Shown here in pieces: positions 40,396-48,710 of a stretch of 64,000 bases of DNA. Made by a program: the position numbers and the translations under genes. A model generated the notes under the pieces. The model had not been told where the DNA came from and made no database searches. It saw nothing but the letters and a program-made list of their open reading frames with translations. Position 1 is the stretch's first letter. Every line of letters starts with the position of its first letter. The stretch is from a virus. The stretch spans positions 2,342-66,341 of IMG/VR virus record IMGVR_UViG_3300035115_000017, one strand, 5' to 3'.

Positions 40396-40586
40396 AGAGT
40401 CGATCTTTGTTCTTTATCGCAAGCGCGGTTAGCGGCCTCGGAACCGGACTTGGTATATCGATGGCGATTACTGGGCATATGACAGCGGCTGTAGTCGCCC
40501 TGTCCGTTGCCGTGTTCGCTGTTTGGCTTCGTACCAACCTGTTATTTGGTGCAGTTATTGAATACTTAGGACAGCGCGATGGCTAA
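40392..40586 (+). CDS. Small two-TM membrane protein
   Basis: Two hydrophobic segments; overlaps both neighbours. Confidence 0.55.
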   Translation: MKSRSLFFIASAVSGLGTGLGISMAITGHMTAAVVALSVAVFAVWLRTNLLFGAVIEYLGQRDG

Positions 40587-42579
40587 ACTCGCAATTTTAA
40601 TTCCCTCCCGTAACGAAACCTACCTCTTTCCAACGATCCATGAGTGCTTCACGAAGGCCGAGGGTGAAGTCGAAGTGATCGCGGTTCTCGAAGGCTACTG
40701 GCCGGACAAGTGGAAAGAGATCACCGACCAGTTCCCCAACCTGCACACCATCCACCACGGCGAGCCGCGTGGACTGCGCGCAGCGATCAACTCAGCCGCA
40801 GGTTCCGCGATCTCTCGTGGCGCAAAGTACCTGCTCAAGCTCGACGCGCACTGCATGTTGGACGAAGCCTACGATACTAAGTTGCAAGCGGACATGGAAT
40901 CGAATTGGATTGTCGTCCCGCGCCGCAAGCGTCTCAATGCCGAGAGTTGGACCGTGCAGGATGTCGGCAAGCCGGATGTTGATTACCATTACCTCTCCTT
41001 CCCTGACGATCCTAACGACTTCGGCGGCAAGGGACTAAATGGAAAGGTGTGGTACGAGCGGATTCGTGAGCGACTGGATAAGCCGCAGTACGACATCGAT
41101 GATGAAATGTCGAGTCAGGGGTCGTCGTGGTTCATGGCTGCGAGCTACTTTCAGGAACTTGAACTCATGGACGAGGTGAGTTATGGGCCATTTTGGAATG
41201 AAGCGCAGGAACTTTTTCTGAAGTGTTGGCTCAGCGGCGGACGCGGAGTTATCAATAAGAAAACATGGTACGCCCACCTCCATAAAGGCAAGGAATACAA
41301 AGGCGAGGACGGCAAAGGCGGGCGTGGCTATCACCTCTCTGAAGCATGGCTCACGCAAGGCGCAACTTTCACAAAGAACTGGATCTGGAATGACGCATGG
41401 GCCAAGCAAACTCTCCCTTTCAAACGGTTGATTGAACACTTCTGGCCTGTGCCGGGATGGAAAGAGAACTGGGAGGAGGTGTTGTATGCGGAGCGGAAGC
41501 CAAGAACCGTGGTGGGTGTTACTGCTCGCGCTGGGAGTAGCCACGATTCTCTACCTGTTGTTAATGACGGTAGCAGTGCTACTGGGCCGGGATCACTGAA
41601 GATTCATTCTGCGTGGTACGGAATCGGCCCACCGCCGGATACGGTGGACGTTGGCGCGCGCTTGCAGTCATTGGTCAAGGACGGCTCTCTGGACATTGTG
41701 GTGAATAACGCCACTCTCTGCCCCGGTGAGAATCCATTCCGAGGGAAGAAAAAGACACTGGCCGTTCATTACTCCTACGACGATGGTCCTATTCAGGCGA
41801 TTGAACGCGACGAGAAAGACTGGCTCATCATCGGGCAGGTGCAGGAGCCGCCGTCGCCGCCAATCGTCAACGTTGAAAGTCACGTATCAACCGTAGCCCG
41901 TGCCGAAGCGGGAATCTCAATTACGCCCGCCGCTAAAGGCGCACCGATGACAGCGGTTGCCCTCAACGACTACCTCATCCGCAAGTTCTCCATCTCTCCG
42001 CAGCGCCTGCGTGGACCAATGCCGATCGAACTGCGCGACTTTCATCGGAACGACTTGGCGCAACTGTTTGCTGAACTAGGATTCAAACGCGGCGCTGAGA
42101 TTGGCGTGGCGGAAGGAAAGTTTAGCGAGGTGCTACTGAAGGCGAATCCTGAGTGCGAGCTGCTGTTGGTTGACCCGTGGGAGAGGTATTCAGGAAATCC
42201 ACAGAATAAGACCGAGGAGAAGCACGGCTTTGCGCGTCAGGAAACTCTTCGCAAGACCGCCCCTTATCCCAACGTCAGAGTCTACGACGACACTTCAATG
42301 GCCGCGGTTGAGACAGTTGATTACAATTATCTTGATTATGTCTACGTGGACGCGAATCACCTTTTTGATTACTGCATCATGGATCTCATCGAGTGGTCCA
42401 AGCGCGTGCGCTCCGGCGGCATCGTCTCTGGTGATGATTTCTATCAGTTGGACCAGCGCAGGTGGATCGGCGGTGGCGTAGTCGAAGCCGTGCAGGCGTA
42501 TACGAACGCGCACCGGATTCCGATTTGGTACTTGTTCAGTGGACACAAGAGTGTTGATTTTATGTGGGTCCGGCCATGA
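40579..42579 (+). CDS. Glycosyltransferase (GT-A, ppGalNAc-T-like) + SUEL/Gal-lectin-like domain + class I SAM methyltransferase
   Basis: ILIPSRNE, LKLDAHC, ELFLKCWLSGG...AHLHK; IHSAWYG...DVGARL...NPFRGKKKTLAVHY; GAEIGVAEG, YVDANH, SGGIVSGDDF. Confidence 0.85.
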   Translation: MAKLAILIPSRNETYLFPTIHECFTKAEGEVEVIAVLEGYWPDKWKEITDQFPNLHTIHHGEPRGLRAAINSAAGSAISRGAKYLLKLDAHCMLDEAYDTKLQADMESNWIVVPRRKRLNAESWTVQDVGKPDVDYHYLSFPDDPNDFGGKGLNGKVWYERIRERLDKPQYDIDDEMSSQGSSWFMAASYFQELELMDEVSYGPFWNEAQELFLKCWLSGGRGVINKKTWYAHLHKGKEYKGEDGKGGRGYHLSEAWLTQGATFTKNWIWNDAWAKQTLPFKRLIEHFWPVPGWKENWEEVLYAERKPRTVVGVTARAGSSHDSLPVVNDGSSATGPGSLKIHSAWYGIGPPPDTVDVGARLQSLVKDGSLDIVVNNATLCPGENPFRGKKKTLAVHYSYDDGPIQAIERDEKDWLIIGQVQEPPSPPIVNVESHVSTVARAEAGISITPAAKGAPMTAVALNDYLIRKFSISPQRLRGPMPIELRDFHRNDLAQLFAELGFKRGAEIGVAEGKFSEVLLKANPECELLLVDPWERYSGNPQNKTEEKHGFARQETLRKTAPYPNVRVYDDTSMAAVETVDYNYLDYVYVDANHLFDYCIMDLIEWSKRVRSGGIVSGDDFYQLDQRRWIGGGVVEAVQAYTNAHRIPIWYLFSGHKSVDFMWVRP

Positions 42580-43539
42580 TAATTTACGTGTTAATCGGCG
42601 ATATCGCCGACGATGCCGAGGAGCCGTTTGATAAGGAAAAACTGGAAGGCTCGTTTTCATCGCTGGAGCAGGTTCAGCTTTACATTACTGAATGCGTCAG
42701 CCAGCAATCATCCTTCCAGTGGGAGCCGATAGTTAGCTTTGAGCATGTTCCCTATCTTGAGACCAATGGCTTCAGGGTTTACCTTACTACCTTAGACGAA
42801 GGTAGCTGGCGAAGTTTCGGTAAGATTGTTTTAGCCGGGACGGTGGACGATAAGGGTGACGTAAACGTGAACACGCCCGCTGAGGTAGCTCGGCTGTCAG
42901 GCATATTTGCCGAAGCGTTGGGTCTAACCGTTCAGGAATTTAGTGAAAGATACTAAACTATGACCTTCACCGAAACCCTCCATGCTATCTTCGATCTCAA
43001 CAAACACGCTCGTCGTCGGCTCTGGTCATCTCGCATCCTCGTCGGACTGGAAGAAGGCCGACTTTGCATCAAGGGCTACTCGTCCAGTGGACCAGATGAC
43101 GGCCTCTGGCACCCGTGGGTGATTACGGAGGAGGATTATTTTGCGAGTGATTGGGAGGTGGTGGAGTGAGAACTAAGGAAGAAATCGTGGCCTCGGTTGG
43201 CTGTCGAATACTCAATAGCAACGAAACTGATTTACTGATGTACGTACTGGAAGTCCTGCTCGACATTCGCGATCTACTCTCCACTCAACCAAAATCCATG
43301 AATCTTCGTCAGGTGATCGTTGACAGCTACCCTCACGGTAATAAGAAGGATGAGGCATGAGTGAACCGGAATCGGGAAAGTTCTATTGGGTGAAGATAAT
43401 TAACGTAGGAGAATGGGAACCCGCTGAGTGCGTGGACACCGACTACGGTCAAGGATGGCTGCTAACGGGCGTAGAAGTGGAATACTACGCTAACGAGATC
43501 GGGGAGATAGGACCGGAAATCGTTCCACCTGCGGATTAG
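42576..43539 (+). other. Four small hypothetical genes between the glycosyltransferases (42576-42956, 42960-43169, ~43166-43360, 43357-43539)
   Basis: Overlapping start and stop codons in the same operon. Confidence 0.5.
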
Positions 43540-43563
43540 TGTTCGTGCTATCATCCTCTCCCG

Positions 43564-45855
43564 ATGACACGCTACCACTTGTCGGTATTGATCCCCGCTC
43601 GCAACGAATACTACTACGATATCGATCTCCTCTACGAGACAGTTGTCAACGTTTTGGCTAACACGTCGAAGAAGACTGAATGCGTCGTCGTATTGGATGG
43701 GTATGACAACCAGTGGCCCAACCAGCCGCTCCCCGTAGACTCCCGTCTCACCGTCATCCAACATCGCAAGTCCATTGGTCAACGCGCGGCGACGAATGAG
43801 GCGGCACGAGTTGCGCAAGGGGAATATGTCGCGAAGTTAGACGCGCACTGCGCACTTGATGAGAACTTCGACGAGAAGCTCCTCGCGACGTTTGAGCCGC
43901 ATTGGACAGTGGTGCCCGGTCAATTCAATCTGCAAGTCTTCGAGTGGCGTTGTAAACGCTGCGACTGGACAAAGGATCAATCACCGAAGCCTGCAAAGTG
44001 TGAACAGTGTGGTTCTCGCTATCTCAAACAGGTGAAGATCTGGCAACCGAGGGATGGGAAGGGCGGGCGTAGGACGGCGTATACGCACTCGTGGCGATTC
44101 GATACCAACCTCGACTTTCAGTATCACGGCGCATACGCCTCAGATGAAAAGTATTGCAAGAAGAATGGAATTCCCTTTCACCCTGAAACTCAACAGCCAA
44201 TACATGACACTATGAGCTTACTGGGCGCATGTTGGGCGATGCGCAAAGATCGTTACGAATACCTTGAGGGCCTAGATGAATCACTAGGTTCGTGGGGCGA
44301 TATGGGAACCGAGTTGTCGTGTAAGGTATGGCTGTCCGGGGGTGAGCTAAAGGTTAATCAAAATACTTGGTTCGCTCATTTTTTCAGGGTCGGAGGTATA
44401 GGGTTTCCATATCCAGACGGAGGGCGAAAAGAGCGGGCGAAAGCCAGAGGCAAAGAGATTTGGCTTAATAACAAATGGCCCAAACAGGTCTATCCCCTGT
44501 CGTGGTTAATTGAAAGGTTCCGACCTTTACCTGACTGGCACACGAACGACAATCCTGTACTAGGTCAGGTCAACGCTACTGGTAAGAAGTTTCGCTCTCT
44601 CGTACCAAGCCCGCTTGGTAATTTTCTGGCAGATAGTACACTGCCGCATCCACTTACCGCCGTGGCAGACGGGAGCAGGGAGAAGATGCCCGCGAATGCA
44701 GTGGGTTTTTCTCCTGTTGATAACAGAGGGAACGTTTCCGCGCTCAAAGTTGACGCTATCGGGAACCAAGTCGAGATGGATAGGATTGCAGCACCTTCTA
44801 TTCCGACAGAGATGGTCCAGTGTGGGAATATCTCTGCTTCTGCCTCTTGGCAAGGGACCGATAAGCCAAGCGTAAATGACTCTATGGACCAACGACTCCC
44901 GAGTGCGGTAGGTGGTTCTGCCGTATCCGGCATCGTCCAGTCTACCGATCCAATTCCAGCAGGTGTCGGTGATCTCGATCTTGGAAAACAGGCGGATAAT
45001 GTCTTGAGTGTTCAGGGTAACAATGAGATATTTTTGGGTAGCCATGATTCAGCTTCCTTGCACGATGCTGGATTGCGGTCAGGACCGGAGTCGCGCATAC
45101 AACGTGATTCCGGCCCGACAATCATAACACAAAAGCTACCGCGTAAGCTTTGTCTTTACTACACCTGCAACTCCCACGACCTCACCCTCGAACTCGCCGC
45201 GCGCAACAACCTCCGTGCCTCCACCAACGGCCACGAACTGGGTTGCGTGTCACTCCAACGAACCGACTTCGGCGATTGGACACTGGTGCTAAACAGAGAG
45301 AAGTCAGGCGGAACGATGCACTATCAGATTCTTACGGGACTGGAGAGATCGACAGCGGATTATGTGTTCCTGTGTGAGTCCGATGTCCTGTATCACCCTA
45401 GCCATTTCCAGTTTGTACCACCTGACGATTCAGTAATCTACTACAACACCAACGTCTGGCGCGTGCGCTACTCAGATGGTCACGCAGTTCGCACGGCTAA
45501 TCTCCAACAGGTGAGTGGAATCTGCGCGAATCGCCTCCTCCTCCTCGCTCACTACAAGCGTCGAGTCGAGCTAATAGAAGCCAACAACGGCATCTTCGAC
45601 GTGAAGCGCATGGCCTATGAACCGGGGACGCGCGGGAAGTTCGGAGACGAGAAGATCGCCAACTGGCAATCGGAGTTTCCGAACCTCGACATCACCGGGC
45701 ATGGCAACACGCTCACCGTGCCACACTTTTCTATCGACAGTTTCAGAAACAAGAAGTACGCTGAGGGCTGGGAAGAGACTGATGATGCTCTGCCGGGCTG
45801 GCCTAAGATCAGTGGTAGGGTACAGGAGTGGTTGGAGGAGTTGGCACATGGTTAA
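43564..45855 (+). CDS. Two-domain glycosyltransferase (ppGalNAc-T-like GT-A with Zn ribbon + second GT-A domain)
   Basis: VLIPARNE, AKLDAHC, CKRC/CEQC, GACWAM...GLDESLGSWGDMGTELSCKVWLSGG...AHFFR; second domain ADYVFLCESDVLYHPSHF. Confidence 0.85.
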   Translation: MTRYHLSVLIPARNEYYYDIDLLYETVVNVLANTSKKTECVVVLDGYDNQWPNQPLPVDSRLTVIQHRKSIGQRAATNEAARVAQGEYVAKLDAHCALDENFDEKLLATFEPHWTVVPGQFNLQVFEWRCKRCDWTKDQSPKPAKCEQCGSRYLKQVKIWQPRDGKGGRRTAYTHSWRFDTNLDFQYHGAYASDEKYCKKNGIPFHPETQQPIHDTMSLLGACWAMRKDRYEYLEGLDESLGSWGDMGTELSCKVWLSGGELKVNQNTWFAHFFRVGGIGFPYPDGGRKERAKARGKEIWLNNKWPKQVYPLSWLIERFRPLPDWHTNDNPVLGQVNATGKKFRSLVPSPLGNFLADSTLPHPLTAVADGSREKMPANAVGFSPVDNRGNVSALKVDAIGNQVEMDRIAAPSIPTEMVQCGNISASASWQGTDKPSVNDSMDQRLPSAVGGSAVSGIVQSTDPIPAGVGDLDLGKQADNVLSVQGNNEIFLGSHDSASLHDAGLRSGPESRIQRDSGPTIITQKLPRKLCLYYTCNSHDLTLELAARNNLRASTNGHELGCVSLQRTDFGDWTLVLNREKSGGTMHYQILTGLERSTADYVFLCESDVLYHPSHFQFVPPDDSVIYYNTNVWRVRYSDGHAVRTANLQQVSGICANRLLLLAHYKRRVELIEANNGIFDVKRMAYEPGTRGKFGDEKIANWQSEFPNLDITGHGNTLTVPHFSIDSFRNKKYAEGWEETDDALPGWPKISGRVQEWLEELAHG
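44560..45045 (-). mobile_element. HNH homing endonuclease gene nested antisense within the glycosyltransferase ORF
   Basis: CWNWIG...GYG...VHRV...LDHLCRNRRCCNPIHL...N; C-terminal KTHCIRGH...CTIC; SD aagga. Confidence 0.88.
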
Positions 45856-45976
45856 CAGCAAAGTAATTAGCATTGATGAGTCGCACTACGATTGGGACTG
45901 CCATATTTGCGGTCATCGCAATGGTAGCAGGCAGGACTACTGCGGTTGCTGTGGTGCTCATGTCTACGAGAACTAA
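45848..45976 (+). CDS. 42-aa RanBP2-type zinc-finger peptide
   Basis: WDCHICGHRNGSRQDYCGCC fits W-x-C-x2-C-x3-N-x6-C-x2-C; SD ggagg. Confidence 0.55.
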   Translation: MVNSKVISIDESHYDWDCHICGHRNGSRQDYCGCCGAHVYEN

Positions 45977-46368
45977 TGGCTAACGAATGTCTCATCTCCG
46001 TGAACGAACGCACCGAGTTCCCGCTCGCAGTGGCGTTCTTCGATGAGAATAGTGAGCCAGTGGTCCCGACTTCAGCCACCTATCGCATCGACGACGAGGC
46101 GAGTAAGACAGCGATCGTCCCAGTAACCAACTTTCCCTCACTCTCGACATTAGTTGACCTGTGGATCACCTCGGACCAGAACTTCATCGTGAAGTCTCGT
46201 AGCAAGTCGGAGATTCGCACCGTCACCGTCCAATACATCTACGAATCCGAGAATGGTCCAACGCCAGCCACGGCGCAGTACAAGTACAAGGTGCTGAATC
46301 TGTATGGAGTGGTGGATGTGCCCAGTGCGAGCATGTCGCCGAGTTCAAGTGCGAGTCCGAGTGTATGA
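45976..46368 (+). CDS. Ig-like putative structural protein with a short Ser/Pro tail
   Basis: Beta-rich sequence ending VPSASMSPSSSASPSV; TAATG overlap. Confidence 0.65.
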   Translation: MANECLISVNERTEFPLAVAFFDENSEPVVPTSATYRIDDEASKTAIVPVTNFPSLSTLVDLWITSDQNFIVKSRSKSEIRTVTVQYIYESENGPTPATAQYKYKVLNLYGVVDVPSASMSPSSSASPSV

Positions 46369-46380
46369 AGGAGATCTTTT

Positions 46381-46680
46381 ATGAGTCCAATGAGTCCCGT
46401 GATACCAATGACTGCCGTTGAAGAAGTTGTTTACGCCAAAGACCAGCCAGAGTATCAACCGTTGCCATCTATTCGAGCGCCTGACGGTACGATCTTAACC
46501 CGCTGGAGTCTTGACGAAGACGAGAGGCGGCAAGTTGCTGAGCAAGGTTACGTGTATCTCATGGTGATGACATTTAACCAGCCCTTGCAGCCACTGCTTA
46601 TGACGGTCGATCCTCCTGACGACTTCATGCCGACTTCGATTGACAGAGAGCAGATCACGGACATTGAGGGCCAGCATTGA
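46381..46680 (+). CDS. Phage hypothetical protein
   Basis: SD aaggag; YAKDQPEYQPLP motif. Confidence 0.65.
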   Translation: MSPMSPVIPMTAVEEVVYAKDQPEYQPLPSIRAPDGTILTRWSLDEDERRQVAEQGYVYLMVMTFNQPLQPLLMTVDPPDDFMPTSIDREQITDIEGQH

Positions 46681-48383
46681 CGAAGCCTTTCTCAGCATGG
46701 GACTACGACGACGCCGCGAACCAAGTCGGCGCGCGGTTCCAATTGCCTGCTGAGGGAACACGAGAGTTCCGTCTCCCTTCAATCCTCGAAGACCTCGTCG
46801 GCGTAAACGATCATCGACCGGCTACCCGTCGAACCGAATGCGCCATCCGCGCCACTGAGTTCTATCGCGGCAACCACTGGCAATGGGGACACGGATTCAT
46901 CGGCCAACTCCCACCAGCCTCCCTTCCCGGCGCGGAGTCGATGAAGAACGCAATTCGCAAAGGGTTTGTCAGCGAGAACGTCATCAAGGAAGTGGTGAAG
47001 ACGCATGTGGGTGGCATCCTCGGACGCGAGCCCTCGTGGTCATTCCTCGTCACTGAGCAGGACGATCCCGAAGGCGCGCAGAAGGAGTTCTCCAAAGAAA
47101 CAGGCAATACTCTCACGCGCTGGTGGAATGATCGACTAGCGTTGAAGGACCTGCAGAAAGCGGCGCGGATACTGGTGTGTGAAGGGGTGGTGGTGAGACG
47201 GCTAGTGTTCCCGAGAGGTCGTCTCAGTAACGGTCGCAATCCACGCGCTTCCTCGCTCCTTGACGCGCTCGACTTCATCTTCTTCGAGACGGTGTACGCT
47301 GATCGTGGCATGGTTTACACCGATCCTGAGACGATGATGGATCTAGGGATTTTCCTGTTCGATGAACTGGACGCGAATGGGGACGTAGTAACGAACTGCG
47401 CGGAGTTGAGCTTCCTGAACGACGCAGGTGAGACGGTGTGCAAAGTGGTGCGCGACAAGGGTGCGCCAACCGAGTATGGTCCCTACCCCCTCGGCGGTCG
47501 TCTCCTCGTCTATGAAATGACGCGCGACGCTCTCATCACCGAGCAGATCCAATCCAATCAGCGCGCCGTTAACCTCGCCCATACGCAGATGATTCGCAAC
47601 GTGAATCTCGCTGGACATCGCCAGCAGACGATCACTAACGCAGTCCCGCCCGGTGCGACGAATGAGAAGCCAACGATTACCGAGGACACGACGAGGGTTA
47701 GCTCCACTCCGACTGCGACTTCCCCAACGACAAAGAAATTCCCCGGTACGTTCAAAACAGGCGCAGGCGCAGTCAATTTCCTCATGGGAATGCCGATTTA
47801 CAATGAGGATGGGATTGTCGTCGGCTACACCGATCCCGGCATCAACATCAGCGATCCAGTGTCAGTTGAAACATTTGAACGCACGATCGATAAAGAGAAA
47901 GCCGCGATCTACGCACAGGCGCACCAGCGTCATGTCCTGATCGTGGACAAGGCAGATACGAGTGGACGAGCGCGAGAAGTGGCGAGACGTGAGTACGAGC
48001 GCTCACTCAAGGAGTCGAAGACTGAGTTAGATGCATGTGGACGCTGGCAATTGGAGACGACTCTGCGCCTCGCCGCATTCATCATCAACCAATCTTCGCG
48101 CTACTTGCCACTGAGGGCAGATTTCAACACGCTCATCGATGCAGGTGCGCCTGATCCCGAGATGATCAAAACCTCTCTGCTCATGCGCCAACCCGGAGGG
48201 ATGAAAAATCGACCGTTGGTGAGCGATGAGACGGCGCGAGGGCTAAGCGGAGTGGAAGACAACGCGGCAGAAGAGGCACGTATCGACAAGGAATCAAAAC
48301 TTCCTCCGGCTGAGCTACCCGAAGGACTTAAGCCCATCGAAGGCCAACAAACTCCAAAACCCGTAAGTAACGCAGTTAACTGA
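46677..48383 (+). CDS. Portal protein
   Basis: 568 aa; FYRGNHW, ENVIKEVV...ILGREP, SGRAR, SDETAR...EEARI; precedes scaffold and capsid genes. Confidence 0.75.
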   Translation: MTKPFSAWDYDDAANQVGARFQLPAEGTREFRLPSILEDLVGVNDHRPATRRTECAIRATEFYRGNHWQWGHGFIGQLPPASLPGAESMKNAIRKGFVSENVIKEVVKTHVGGILGREPSWSFLVTEQDDPEGAQKEFSKETGNTLTRWWNDRLALKDLQKAARILVCEGVVVRRLVFPRGRLSNGRNPRASSLLDALDFIFFETVYADRGMVYTDPETMMDLGIFLFDELDANGDVVTNCAELSFLNDAGETVCKVVRDKGAPTEYGPYPLGGRLLVYEMTRDALITEQIQSNQRAVNLAHTQMIRNVNLAGHRQQTITNAVPPGATNEKPTITEDTTRVSSTPTATSPTTKKFPGTFKTGAGAVNFLMGMPIYNEDGIVVGYTDPGINISDPVSVETFERTIDKEKAAIYAQAHQRHVLIVDKADTSGRAREVARREYERSLKESKTELDACGRWQLETTLRLAAFIINQSSRYLPLRADFNTLIDAGAPDPEMIKTSLLMRQPGGMKNRPLVSDETARGLSGVEDNAAEEARIDKESKLPPAELPEGLKPIEGQQTPKPVSNAVN

Positions 48384-48387
48384 TCTT

Positions 48388-48615
48388 ATGTACCCTTCAG
48401 AAGCTAATAACGGAGACTCAACCACCGTGCGCGTGTTAAAAAGGGTTGCGCCGTCCGAAAATAGTGCTACACTGCCCCCGACGAGCGACCGGGAGTTTTG
48501 GATCGAGCAGCGTCATGCATTGTTAATGCAACTCGCTTCAATCGAACGTCGCTTAGGTCTTTTCACCCAAAGATGTCGAGTATGCAAGAGTCGGATTGAA
48601 TCCGATTCCCGGTAG
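48388..48615 (+). CDS. Small hypothetical protein with C-terminal CxxC
   Basis: Fills the gap between portal and scaffold; start uncertain. Confidence 0.4.
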   Translation: MYPSEANNGDSTTVRVLKRVAPSENSATLPPTSDREFWIEQRHALLMQLASIERRLGLFTQRCRVCKSRIESDSR

Positions 48616-48635
48616 AGACTCTTTCCTTTCGAGTT

Positions 48636-48689
48636 AAAGCCTGTTGGTGAGATTGCTAAGGCAGTCTTATTGACAGGCTTTTTCATTTC
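48636..48689 (+). terminator. 21-bp hairpin with U-rich tail upstream of the scaffold gene
   Basis: AAAGCCTGTTGGTGAGATTGC-TAAG-GCAGTCTTATTGACAGGCTTT followed by TTCATTTC. Confidence 0.6.
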
Positions 48690-48710
48690 AACTGCTGAGT
48701 CAGAAAGACG

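Noticed and set aside
44500-45150. Group I intron or intein around the HNH
   Set aside because: The host frame is uninterrupted, and I recognised neither intein splice-junction motifs nor a group I core by eye; not excluded without Infernal or RT-PCR
40579-45855. Glycosyltransferases as DNA-hypermodification enzymes
   Set aside because: They sit in the structural region beside S/P acceptor-like proteins, and no hydroxymethylase or related base-modification gene was recognised; less likely, not disproved
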